Source: an uncultured Candidatus Saccharibacteria bacterium (GTDB lineage Bacteria > Patescibacteriota > Dojkabacteria > B142 > OLB20). From it: 64,000 bases of DNA. Below the pieces are notes generated by a model. That model had not been told where the DNA came from. It did not search any database and worked only from the letters and a program-made list of their open reading frames with translations. Numbering within the stretch: the first letter of the stretch is position 1; each line of letters opens with the position of its first letter. Position numbers and translations under genes: made by a program. The DNA is taken from the NCBI GenBank assembly GCA_964461915.1, contig CAYWVD010000001.1, positions 407,205-471,204 of the forward strand, written 5' to 3'. Below, in pieces: positions 50,410-59,801 of this stretch.

Positions 50410-51102
50410 TCAAAAAACAGTTCCATTACTCAATCGATTTTCGAGTAATTCGTTTTCATTTTTTACTTTTAGGAATTTTTTAGGTGGTATATATCCAGAC
50501 ACAGAGGCTAGAGTACTTATCAAGGAATCCTTCCCTATCATTGTCCCGGGCGAACTCATTACGCCTCCGCCTAATCTTGATCTTTCTCCTAAAATTATTC
50601 CAAGTTTATCTAGTCCAGTTTGAAGTTTTGTACCGTTATATGAAAATTCAATTGGCTTTTGGTCAAACCGGCGATTTGCTGTTTCGGTATGGCCACCGAG
50701 CCTTGCTTCGACACCAATAATACTATCTCCTAAAAATGTATGATTAGCTATTTTCGATCGTTCCATCATAATTGAATTTTTCACTTCAGCAGCATGGCCT
50801 ATAGAACATCCCTTTGAAATTATACTTCCGGGACGAATATTGGCATGAGGACCTATTTCTACATCATCATCAATATATACCGGCCCTTCAATTACGACAT
50901 AGGGAGATATCTTGCAATTGTGGCCGATATAAACTTTTCCAGTTGTAATTAGCGTTGGTTCGTTTGAATTAATTTCGCTATCAAGGATTTGTTCCTCTAA
51001 GATTCTCTTTAAACTCCCAATTACTAGATACCAATTATCCTTCTCAAATTCAGGTTTTAAAAATTCTGGAAGAAGAATTTGATCGAAAAAATCCGTGATC
51101 AT
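50410..51102 (-). CDS. Left-handed beta-helix (hexapeptide-repeat) acetyltransferase homologous to the GlmU C-terminal GlcN-1-P acetyltransferase domain
   Basis: AEVKNSIMMERSKIANHTFLGDSIIGVEARLGGHTETANRRFDQKP...GERSRLGGGVMSSPGTMIG aligns with GlmU VEVKNS.IG.GSK.NHL.YVGDSEIG...GAG.IT.NYDG.NK. No nucleotidyltransferase domain in the same ORF. Confidence 0.65.
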   Translation of the reverse strand: MITDFFDQILLPEFLKPEFEKDNWYLVIGSLKRILEEQILDSEINSNEPTLITTGKVYIGHNCKISPYVVIEGPVYIDDDVEIGPHANIRPGSIISKGCSIGHAAEVKNSIMMERSKIANHTFLGDSIIGVEARLGGHTETANRRFDQKPIEFSYNGTKLQTGLDKLGIILGERSRLGGGVMSSPGTMIGKDSLISTLASVSGYIPPKKFLKVKNENELLENRLSNGTVF

Positions 51103-51128
51103 AATTTATTCTTAAAAATTTTAATTTA

Positions 51129-52487
51129 TTAACTTAACTCTTCTTTACATATTTTCACAAGATCATTACCAACTTCTTCGAGTTTACCTTCTTCACGCGC
51201 TTCTACCATGATTCTTAAAAGATTCTCTGTCCCAGAATATCTTAAGAACACTCGGCCTTCGCCTTTGAATTCGTCGGTCCAATATTTGATTCTATCCTGG
51301 AGCCTTTCAATATCTTCTAAATCCTTTTTTTCTTGGACCTCAACATTGAAAACTTTTTGAGGGAATTTTTCAAAAGTATAAGCTAATTCACTCAAAGTTT
51401 TTCCTTTCTCTTTGATAATTTTCAAAACTTGCAATGCTGTTAAAGTCCCATCTCCCGCATCTGAATAGTCTAAGAAAATAAAATGGCCTGTAGCCTCACC
51501 ACCGAAATTAAGTTTTTCCTTTCTCAATAGTTCAGTAATAGCCCTATCTCCATTAACGACCTTTAATACATTAATACCTGCTTTTTCGAGTTCTTTAACT
51601 AAAGCTAAATTACTGTATTCGGTGATTACTACAGAATTTTTCTTTAATTCTCCTACCTCTTTAAAATATTTGGCAATTAAGGCTGTAATATAATTCCCAT
51701 CAATTTCATTCCCTTTTTCATCTATCATAATGACTCGATCAGCATCTCCATCAAGCGCTATACCAAGATCAGCCTTATTAGCCAAGACAGCCTCTTTCAC
51801 TTTTTCCGGGTAAAGTGATCCACAATCAACATTAATGTTATAACCGTTCGGCTCAATATTAATTGGGATGACTTTGGCGCCGAGTTCTGAAAATACATCA
51901 GGAGCGGTTTTATAGGCGGCGCCATTTGCGCAATCAACAACTATCGTTAAACCTTTTAAAGATGTTGATCCAATTGCGTGTTTTATATATTCCACATATC
52001 TTCCAGAGACATCTTCGAATCTTTTAGCTCTACCAATCTGATCAATTCCTTCAAAACCATTCTTGAAGTATACATCTTCTATTTCGAGTTCTTCTTCATC
52101 GGTTAGTTTATGGCCATTTGGGTTAAAAACTTTGATTCCATTATCATAATAAGGATTATGTGATGCAGTAATCATAATACCCATATCTAGAGCATAGCTT
52201 TTTACCAAATGGGAAATTGCAGGAGTAGGCATTGGCCCAACAGTTATAACATCAACTCCCCGACTCAAAAAACCTGCGGTTAAAGTTTGTTCTAACATAT
52301 AGCCGGACCTTCTGGTATCCTTCCCAATAATCACTTTATAACCACGATTTGGATTAGGAGCAACAGTTTTTTTTACATATTCAGCTAACGATTTACCTAA
52401 GCGAAGTACTGTTTCTGTGTCTAATGGGGCGTAATTGGCTTTTCCTCTTACTCCATCAGTTTCTCTAAATAGTTGTTTCTTCCTCAT
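51129..52487 (-). CDS. glmM: Phosphoglucosamine mutase
   Basis: Active-site loop GIMITASHNPYYDNGIK, four-domain phosphohexomutase; between glmS and the GlmU-like genes. Confidence 0.85.
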   Translation of the reverse strand: MRKKQLFRETDGVRGKANYAPLDTETVLRLGKSLAEYVKKTVAPNPNRGYKVIIGKDTRRSGYMLEQTLTAGFLSRGVDVITVGPMPTPAISHLVKSYALDMGIMITASHNPYYDNGIKVFNPNGHKLTDEEELEIEDVYFKNGFEGIDQIGRAKRFEDVSGRYVEYIKHAIGSTSLKGLTIVVDCANGAAYKTAPDVFSELGAKVIPINIEPNGYNINVDCGSLYPEKVKEAVLANKADLGIALDGDADRVIMIDEKGNEIDGNYITALIAKYFKEVGELKKNSVVITEYSNLALVKELEKAGINVLKVVNGDRAITELLRKEKLNFGGEATGHFIFLDYSDAGDGTLTALQVLKIIKEKGKTLSELAYTFEKFPQKVFNVEVQEKKDLEDIERLQDRIKYWTDEFKGEGRVFLRYSGTENLLRIMVEAREEGKLEEVGNDLVKICKEELS

Positions 52488-52545
52488 ATTTTAGACTTTT
52501 TAATAGTATATTGTTTTTTATGTTAACTTAAATACCAATTTTTTT

Positions 52546-54321
52546 CTACTTTACCGTAACACTTTTAGCAAGGTTTCGGGGTTTATCTGGACTATTTCCA
52601 AGATGAACACCCAAAAAGTAAGAAAGCAATTGAAAGGGGATTACATTCGGAATCGAATCAATCCCATTAGAGCTAATATCAACTGTTTTAATGAAATCAT
52701 TAAATAATTCGTTACTGGATTTCCCAATGCCAACGACATAGGCTCCACGGGCCTTTACTTGGGCTGCAGCACTCAACATATCGTTTTTATATTCATCCTC
52801 ACTGACAATTACAAAAACTGGTGTACCTTTATCGATTAAGGCTATTACTCCATGTTTTAATTCGCCAGCAGAAAATCCCTCAAAGTGTTTATAGGTAATT
52901 TCTTTGACTTTTAATGCGCCTTCTAAGGCTAGATAATAGTTTTGACCTTTTCCCAAGACAAAAAAGTGTTCTTTTTTGGCCATTTTTTTTGCAATTGATT
53001 GCATTTGGCTTAATAGTTTTTTTGAAAAATAGTTTTGAAGTTTATCGCTAATCTCCATAATTTCTTTTCTCGCTTGATTATATTGATCTGCGATGGCCAT
53101 AGCTAAAACAAAGCCCCAGCTAATTTGAGAGGTAAAGGCTTTTGTAGAAGCGACACAAATTTCGGGACCGGATCTGGAATAATAGGGGAAGTCACTAATT
53201 CTAGTAATGGTTGATCCGAGCATATTTACTAAACTCGCGACCTTTACTCCACTAGCTTTAGCTATTTCAAGTGCCTCAATAGTATCGGCAGTTTCGCCAC
53301 TTTGGGAGATTCCGATGATCACATCGTTTGGCTCAAACAGACCTCTGTAGCTATCAATATCATAAGATTTTAATTCTATGACATTTATTCCAGAAATTTT
53401 TCTTAAAAAATATGCAATCTGACCCGCAGCAAAACCGGCAGTTCCTGCTCCAACGGTATATACATGTCTTGCTTTTTTTATTGCTTTTATAAGGGGTTCG
53501 TATTCTGCCTCAGTATATTGAGCCGCTTCTCGGATAGTATGTTTCTGTTCAATTATTTCTTTGATCATAAAATGGTCATAACCCTCTTTTGCAATACTCA
53601 TATCTTCTTGTTCGATTTTATGCTCTTTGACTTTGATCTCGGTCCCACTTTCTACTTCAAACATTTTTAATTGGCCGTCATGATAAGCAACCATTTCGTA
53701 GTTATTGATGTAAACAACACGATTAGTAAAATTCGCAAAAGATAAGGTATCCGAAGCAATAAATACTTCTTTTTCACCAACACCAACCACAAGTGGAGAA
53801 CCGTTCCTAACTGCATAAATTGTCGAACCGGTCGTAGGTAGTACAATAATTGTATTTCTTCCTTCCAGATCTAAAAAGGCAAGCCTCACAGCCTTAAACA
53901 AATCCTTAGTTTTCTTTAGTTTTTCCTCAATAAGTCTAACAATAACTTCAGTATCTGTTTGCGAACTAAACTTATATCCTTTTTTTAAAAGATCTTCTTT
54001 AAGTTTCTGAAAATTCTCAACAATTCCATTTTGGGCAACAACAAAAGATTTATCTGTTGAAAAATGTGGATGGGCATTAACATTCGTAACTCCCCCGTGT
54101 GTGGCCCAACGGGTATGTCCGATTCCAATATTGGAATGGGGAAGTTTCTCAAGCTCTTTCAAGTCTCCAATAGCCCCAACCTTTTTAACAACCTCAATAC
54201 CTTCGGGATCAACTACAGCTACCCCCCAAGAATCATAACCTCGATATTCTAATCTTTTTAAGCCTTCAATAATTGTTTTTGCAGCATCACGCTTGCCAGA
54301 GTATCCAAAAATTCCGCACAT
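52546..54321 (-). CDS. glmS: Glutamine--fructose-6-phosphate aminotransferase (isomerizing)
   Basis: N-terminal nucleophile MCGIFGY, two SIS domains, C-terminal ...VTVK; 591 aa. Confidence 0.9.
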   Translation of the reverse strand: MCGIFGYSGKRDAAKTIIEGLKRLEYRGYDSWGVAVVDPEGIEVVKKVGAIGDLKELEKLPHSNIGIGHTRWATHGGVTNVNAHPHFSTDKSFVVAQNGIVENFQKLKEDLLKKGYKFSSQTDTEVIVRLIEEKLKKTKDLFKAVRLAFLDLEGRNTIIVLPTTGSTIYAVRNGSPLVVGVGEKEVFIASDTLSFANFTNRVVYINNYEMVAYHDGQLKMFEVESGTEIKVKEHKIEQEDMSIAKEGYDHFMIKEIIEQKHTIREAAQYTEAEYEPLIKAIKKARHVYTVGAGTAGFAAGQIAYFLRKISGINVIELKSYDIDSYRGLFEPNDVIIGISQSGETADTIEALEIAKASGVKVASLVNMLGSTITRISDFPYYSRSGPEICVASTKAFTSQISWGFVLAMAIADQYNQARKEIMEISDKLQNYFSKKLLSQMQSIAKKMAKKEHFFVLGKGQNYYLALEGALKVKEITYKHFEGFSAGELKHGVIALIDKGTPVFVIVSEDEYKNDMLSAAAQVKARGAYVVGIGKSSNELFNDFIKTVDISSNGIDSIPNVIPFQLLSYFLGVHLGNSPDKPRNLAKSVTVK

Positions 54322-54430
54322 ACTTTTTTATTTATAAAAAATATTAATATAATTTATCATAACTTCCCTAACGCCATCTTACACTCATAATTACATTTAA
54401 GAAAATTTTTTAATGATATAATAAACGAGT

Positions 54431-55867
54431 ATGGAAAAGAAATATTTAATAACAAATTATGGATGCCAAATGAATTACGCTGACAGCGAAAGATTCTCTG
54501 GCATTATTGAATTAGGATGTGATTATCAAAAGACAGATTCATTAGAATCCGCGGACTTAATCATTTTAAATTCTTGCTCGATTAGACAAAAGGCCGAAGA
54601 TCGAGTTTTGGGTTTGGGCAAAAAAATGCTCAAATTAAAATCTCACAATAAAAACCTAAAAATCGTCCTTACAGGATGTATGGCACGAAGGACATGGGCA
54701 GGCACAACCAAAACTGGATCACCCATCCAAATGACACAAAAAGACAGAGAAGATCAACTAAAAAAGACCTTGCCATGGCTTGATTTTGTAATTGAAAGTA
54801 AGGACTTTCACAAATTACCCGAAAAGCTAGGAATTAAAAACAAAACCGAGATTAAAGAATACTTATCCTTTGAACCTATCTTAAATTCAGATTTCCAAGC
54901 TTATGTACCAATTTCCATAGGCTGTGACCATTTTTGCACATATTGTATAGTGCCATTTGCAAGGGGGCGAGAAATCTGTAGAAAACCTGAAGACATTATA
55001 AAAGAAGTCAAACATCTGATTCTTAGTGGATACAAAGATATTACTTTACTTGGGCAAACTGTTAATAGATGGATTGACCCAGCTTTCGATTTTGATTACA
55101 AACAAGGCAATATTGCCAACACAAAAATTGAAAAATTAAATAAAACTCTCCTTAGAAATCCGAAGAACGAATCTCCAAAAGACTTTTTGCAATTACTACA
55201 AGTGATCGACGAAATAGAAGGGGACTATTGGCTGACATTTATGTCCTCCCACCCCAACTATATGACTAGCGAACTCATCGACTTTATTAGTAAATCAAAA
55301 CACATTAGACCATACATTCATTTTGCATTGCAATCGGGATCCGATAAAATCCTTCAAAGAATGAATAGGCGATACAATTCTTCAGAATTCAAGTCAATCG
55401 CAAAAGAAATGAAAGAAAAGATCCCCGGACTTGGGCTTTCCACCGATGTCATTGTCGGCTTCCCCGGCGAAACCGAAGAGGATCTCAAACTAACAGCAAA
55501 ACTTATGAAAGAACTGGAATTTGACATGGCATATATTTCAGAATTCTCTCCACGAAAAGGTACGGCTGCAGGGCTCATTAAGGACGATATCTCTTGGGAT
55601 AAAAAAGCTGAATGGAAAAAATATCTAAATGATGAAATCTTAGCAAAAACGGTCAGAAAAAATAATGAAAAAATGCTTGGGACAATTCAAAAATGTTTAG
55701 TAGAAAAAGATCTTGGCAAAGGCAAATATCTAGCTAGGACAGCTAATTACAAGGAAGTTAGTTTTAAGGTCTACGATGAAAAATCCAAAATAAATTTAGG
55801 AGATTTTGTGATTTTAAAGATAACTAAGGCTACAAATTGGGCATTATCGGGGGAGAAGGCCTCTTAA
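54431..55867 (+). CDS. miaB: MiaB-family radical-SAM tRNA methylthiotransferase
   Basis: MTTase N-domain YLITNYGCQMNYADSE, radical SAM CDHFCTYCIVP, C-terminal TRAM domain. Confidence 0.75.
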   Translation: MEKKYLITNYGCQMNYADSERFSGIIELGCDYQKTDSLESADLIILNSCSIRQKAEDRVLGLGKKMLKLKSHNKNLKIVLTGCMARRTWAGTTKTGSPIQMTQKDREDQLKKTLPWLDFVIESKDFHKLPEKLGIKNKTEIKEYLSFEPILNSDFQAYVPISIGCDHFCTYCIVPFARGREICRKPEDIIKEVKHLILSGYKDITLLGQTVNRWIDPAFDFDYKQGNIANTKIEKLNKTLLRNPKNESPKDFLQLLQVIDEIEGDYWLTFMSSHPNYMTSELIDFISKSKHIRPYIHFALQSGSDKILQRMNRRYNSSEFKSIAKEMKEKIPGLGLSTDVIVGFPGETEEDLKLTAKLMKELEFDMAYISEFSPRKGTAAGLIKDDISWDKKAEWKKYLNDEILAKTVRKNNEKMLGTIQKCLVEKDLGKGKYLARTANYKEVSFKVYDEKSKINLGDFVILKITKATNWALSGEKAS

Positions 55868-56626
55868 TAAGATCTTTTCGGCAATAAGCGCGATAGTGGA
55901 TTGATTTGGATGCATAACTCCTTCATGAATAAACCTTGCATTACTTGGAATAGCCTCAGTAAGTCTTAAAAACAATGGAATTTGAAAATGATTTCCCAAA
56001 GTGAATAGTTCGTGTTTCTCAGGATTAATAGTGTTACAAGCACTTATATGAACTTCTCCTAATAAACCCTGTCCAACTAAGGAAGGTATTTCTTTTATCC
56101 ACTCCCTTTGAATGTCTGAGGGCATTTGTAGAGCATGTTGGACATCATAACAAAGACGAAAATTTTTCTTAAAATACTCGTCAAAATCCCTCGGACGGCA
56201 ACCAAAAGATCCGCCGTTTCCTCCCATATTTTCAATAAACACAGGAGCTATTGTCTTAAAAGGATCTAGGCATTCAATATCTTCAAGGGGATGTGCAACG
56301 AAATTCCTAATGGGTATATTTAAAAGCCCCTTAAAGCCCAATAAAACATTATAAAAACTTCTATAATCATTGCTTTTATAAGGGGTTTTTGTTGGTAGAT
56401 GAATGCTAAGCGCATCTTCTGAAAGATTTAACTCATTTATTGCCTGGGCAACTAGTGGATAAATCGTTCCAAATAATCTAGGATAAGCAATATTCAATTC
56501 AACTGGAAAAGTAGAAGCAATATGTTCAGATTTCATCACCCTTCCAATCCCCCCAATAGCCCCAACTAAATTTCGTGGATGCTTTTGATAGAGAGTCCCT
56601 GTTGAAAAACCTAAACCTCCTGTCAT
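55844..56626 (-). CDS. Hypothetical protein, possible xylose-isomerase-like TIM-barrel (sugar-phosphate isomerase/epimerase) family
   Basis: Weak resemblance only (FIENMGGNGG...CYDVQHALQM...GEVHIS); no confident motif. Confidence 0.3.
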   Translation of the reverse strand: MTGGLGFSTGTLYQKHPRNLVGAIGGIGRVMKSEHIASTFPVELNIAYPRLFGTIYPLVAQAINELNLSEDALSIHLPTKTPYKSNDYRSFYNVLLGFKGLLNIPIRNFVAHPLEDIECLDPFKTIAPVFIENMGGNGGSFGCRPRDFDEYFKKNFRLCYDVQHALQMPSDIQREWIKEIPSLVGQGLLGEVHISACNTINPEKHELFTLGNHFQIPLFLRLTEAIPSNARFIHEGVMHPNQSTIALIAEKILLRGLLPR

Positions 56627-56748
56627 TTAAATATTTCATCAATTATATCCTCGAATTATACCAGACAATGGGATTCTTAATTCACTCAATGATAGTTGCC
56701 TAAATAATTGCCACAGTATATAATTTACTGCATTATTCTTTGAAAAAC

Positions 56749-56819
56749 TGCGGGATCGTATAATGGTAGTACATCGGCCTTTGGAGCCGCGAATCTAAGT
56801 TCGATTCTTAGTCCCGCAA
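56749..56819 (+). tRNA. tRNA-Gln (TTG)
   Basis: Acceptor TGCGGGA/TCCCGCA perfect, U8, T arm CTAAG-TTCGATT-CTTAG, anticodon loop CTTTGGA (UUG); one mismatch at 27:43. No encoded CCA. Confidence 0.6.
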
Positions 56820-56852
56820 TTCTTAATAAGCCTATCATCGGTTCATTTTTCT

Positions 56853-57290
56853 ATGGTATTCAACGAAGATCAATCAATCAGAATCGAAAATATTCAATCT
56901 CGCGGCTTTGTAGTTAAAGGGGATTCCATTTTGATAATGTACAGAAAACGAAATGGAGAAGAATATTATGTTTTCCCTGGTGGACATATGCAAGAAGGAG
57001 AAACGCCCGAGGAAACTACTATAAGAGAAGTTGAAGAAGAAACAACAATCAAATGCACTATTCAAAAAAAAGCCTACGAGATTACCGACTATTCAAATGA
57101 CAATCCTCAAATTCAGCATTTTTACATATGCGATTATGTAAGTGGAGAGCCCGAACTATCCGGGGAGGAGTCAAGAAGATCCACATCCGAAAATTTCTTT
57201 AAACCCATGTGGGTCAAGTTAATCGAAATATATAAGCTTAAAATTTATCCAGAGCAATCAAAGAAATGGGTAATTAAAAATCTCTTATGA
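56853..57290 (+). CDS. NUDIX hydrolase
   Basis: Nudix box GGHMQEGETPEETTIREVEEETTI (GX5EX7REUXEEXGU). Confidence 0.8.
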   Translation: MVFNEDQSIRIENIQSRGFVVKGDSILIMYRKRNGEEYYVFPGGHMQEGETPEETTIREVEEETTIKCTIQKKAYEITDYSNDNPQIQHFYICDYVSGEPELSGEESRRSTSENFFKPMWVKLIEIYKLKIYPEQSKKWVIKNLL

Positions 57291-57523
57291 CCAATCAATC
57301 AAAAATATATATTACAGCCGATGGAATCTATTCCGACATAGACATTTACGCTTGTTCGATTGCCTTTGCAGAAAAGCTTCAATTAAAGAAGGTAAAAACA
57401 TGCTAATCTCAAATTCCCCTGAAGCAAAATCGATGATAAATAAAGCCCTCGGAACAAACTGGGGGGCAGTAGACCATATTATTATCGATAGGCTTTTATT
57501 AAAATAAAAAGACTAAGTTAAAC

Positions 57524-58723
57524 TTACCTAGATTCTTTTATTAAAAATTTTTCATATACATTTTCAACATCCTTATCACCCCGACCCGAAAGGTTAATGA
57601 CTACTATATCTTCTTTTGTATAATTTTTATGCGTTTTTAACAAATAGGCAATCGCATGAGCAGATTCTAAAGCTGGGATTATTCCTTCCATTTTTGATAA
57701 ATATTCAAAAGCATTGACCGCCTCATTATCAGTTGCATACCCCAAAGTTAACCTATTTGTGTCTTTAAGCATTGATAGTTCAGGACCAACACCAGGATAG
57801 TCTAATCCGGACGCTGCACTGTATGATTCCTTGATTTCTCCTTTAGAATTTTGCAAGGCTAAAGTTTTGAATCCATGAATCAATGAAGGTTTCCCTAGTG
57901 TTAACGAGAGACCGTTTTTGCCTGATTTAATTCCTTTGCCGGCGGGTTCAACTGCGATTAATTCCACATTAGAATCTTCAATAAATTCATAAAAAGCGCC
58001 AATGGCATTGCTTCCGCCGCCGACACAAGCAATTATCAAGTTTGGAAGTCTACCTTCGGCGGCGAGTATTTGAGATCTTATCTCTTCACCAATAATCTTT
58101 TGAAAGTCACGAACCATAGTTGGGTAGGGATGTGGACCAACGGCGGATCCCAGCAAGTAGTAACTGGTTTTACATTCCTTGGCATAATTTTCTAAAGCAA
58201 CATCTACCGCATCCTTTAATGTACCCTGGCCTTGAGTTACCGGAATAACATTTGCTCCAAGGATTTTCATCCTATAAACATTCGGTTTTTGGGCCTGAAT
58301 ATCTCGAGCCCCCATATAGACATCACATTTCATGCCCAAAAAGGCCGCTATTGTTGCGGTTGCGACTCCATGTTGTCCAGCGCCGGTTTCTGCAATTAAT
58401 TTATTTTTCCCCAATCGTTTTGCCAAAAGACCTTGCCCAATGGCATTATTGATTTTATGAGCACCAGTATGATTAAGGTCTTCTCTTTTGAGATATACTT
58501 TTACACCAAGATCCTCTGAAAGATTCTTTGCAAAGTAGAGCATACTCGGCCTATTTACATATGTCTTGTATAAATCATTTAGCTCCTTCAAAAATTCCGG
58601 ATCGTTTTTTAATGAATCGTATTCCTTTGCAATATTGCTTAGTATTTTACTTAGTTCCTCTGGAAGATACATTCCACCATAATTACCGAAATTGCCTGAA
58701 TTATTAATTTTATTGTTTTTCAT
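57524..58723 (-). CDS. trpB: Tryptophan synthase beta-chain homologue (PLP fold type II), stand-alone
   Basis: FGNYGGMYLPEEL near N-terminus, PLP-Lys in LNHTGAHKINNAIGQ, GAGQHGVATA, GSAVGPHPYP. ORF-track start 58789 is TTG; ATG at 58721-23 gives canonical TrpB spacing. No trpA/C/D/E/F neighbours. Confidence 0.75.
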   Translation of the reverse strand: MKNNKINNSGNFGNYGGMYLPEELSKILSNIAKEYDSLKNDPEFLKELNDLYKTYVNRPSMLYFAKNLSEDLGVKVYLKREDLNHTGAHKINNAIGQGLLAKRLGKNKLIAETGAGQHGVATATIAAFLGMKCDVYMGARDIQAQKPNVYRMKILGANVIPVTQGQGTLKDAVDVALENYAKECKTSYYLLGSAVGPHPYPTMVRDFQKIIGEEIRSQILAAEGRLPNLIIACVGGGSNAIGAFYEFIEDSNVELIAVEPAGKGIKSGKNGLSLTLGKPSLIHGFKTLALQNSKGEIKESYSAASGLDYPGVGPELSMLKDTNRLTLGYATDNEAVNAFEYLSKMEGIIPALESAHAIAYLLKTHKNYTKEDIVVINLSGRGDKDVENVYEKFLIKESR

Positions 58724-59010
58724 TTTTATTATTTTTAAGTTTTTAAATATAGGAATTACTATGGCTAATAGGTAGGGGATTAACGCCAATTATTAATATT
58801 TTTACTCACAAAGGAAGAATTACCCCTAATTGTTTAGAGGCGCCACCAAAAGAAGAAATTATTTAAGTGACTATTGTTTTGCATAAAAAGAATTATATCA
58901 GCAAATTTTCATCATTGCTAGAATTATTATCCACAATTATTTAAATATTTAATTTCAAAATCTAAAAAATTTTTATAATTAAGTTAAGATAATTTTGGTT
59001 TAATTAAATT

Positions 59011-59754
59011 ATGCCCCAAGAAGATAAAAAATTTGAAGGTCCTTTTCCTAGTAGTCCCCAAAAAAATGCGGGTAGTGATTTATTCAATGCCTTAAAAGAG
59101 GAAGCAGATTTAACTCCTCCTACACCAGAAATATCTTTACCTTATCCATTAAGAAATGTACTAAATACTACCCAAGAGAAAATGACAACTCATGATTTAA
59201 AAGGGCTAATGGAAACATATAGGGACGAATTATGGACTCAACAAGGATTCCCTCCAATAAATCTGTTGCGGCCAGGTTCTCAAAATAATTATTACCAAGA
59301 ACTTATTCGTAGTATTAAAAGCAGGGGTATCGATTTTGAAGAAGTTGCATCGAGTATCGAACCCGGTACATATACAGATCCAGCCGATGAGAGCGAAAAG
59401 CCAAAAATATCAATTAATCTTAATCATCCAGACATTAAGAATGATGCTTTAAAAGCGATTGAGGTATTACAAAGACTTTTATTAGTACAGGCGTCAATTA
59501 AGCAGACCATAGGCGAAATTGAGAGCTCTCAAAGAACTCCAGAACTAATTAAGCAAATCGTAGAAAGGGCAAATCAGACCAACTTAATTAATCAAATGCT
59601 TATGTTTGCAACAGTTTCATCTAAAGGAACTGAAATTGATCCAGAATTAATTGCATCTAATGTTTCAAAAACATTAGAATTAGGAGAATTTTCATTATTT
59701 AGTGAAGAAGGGGCTTTAGAAAAATACCAACAATCAATCAACACGCAAGAATAA
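59011..59754 (+). CDS. Hypothetical soluble protein
   Basis: 247 aa, no TM, no recognisable motif; upstream of an ABC-2 transporter pair. Confidence 0.4.
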   Translation: MPQEDKKFEGPFPSSPQKNAGSDLFNALKEEADLTPPTPEISLPYPLRNVLNTTQEKMTTHDLKGLMETYRDELWTQQGFPPINLLRPGSQNNYYQELIRSIKSRGIDFEEVASSIEPGTYTDPADESEKPKISINLNHPDIKNDALKAIEVLQRLLLVQASIKQTIGEIESSQRTPELIKQIVERANQTNLINQMLMFATVSSKGTEIDPELIASNVSKTLELGEFSLFSEEGALEKYQQSINTQE

Positions 59755-59801
59755 AATTATCCTTATTTCCATAGGCCTATTATTTCTGCTAGAATCTTTG
59801 A

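Noticed and set aside
54322-54430. Possible glmS ribozyme in the glmS leader
   Set aside because: Leader is only ~110 nt and extremely AT-rich. No match to the conserved glmS ribozyme core. Looks like a simple divergent promoter region shared with miaB.
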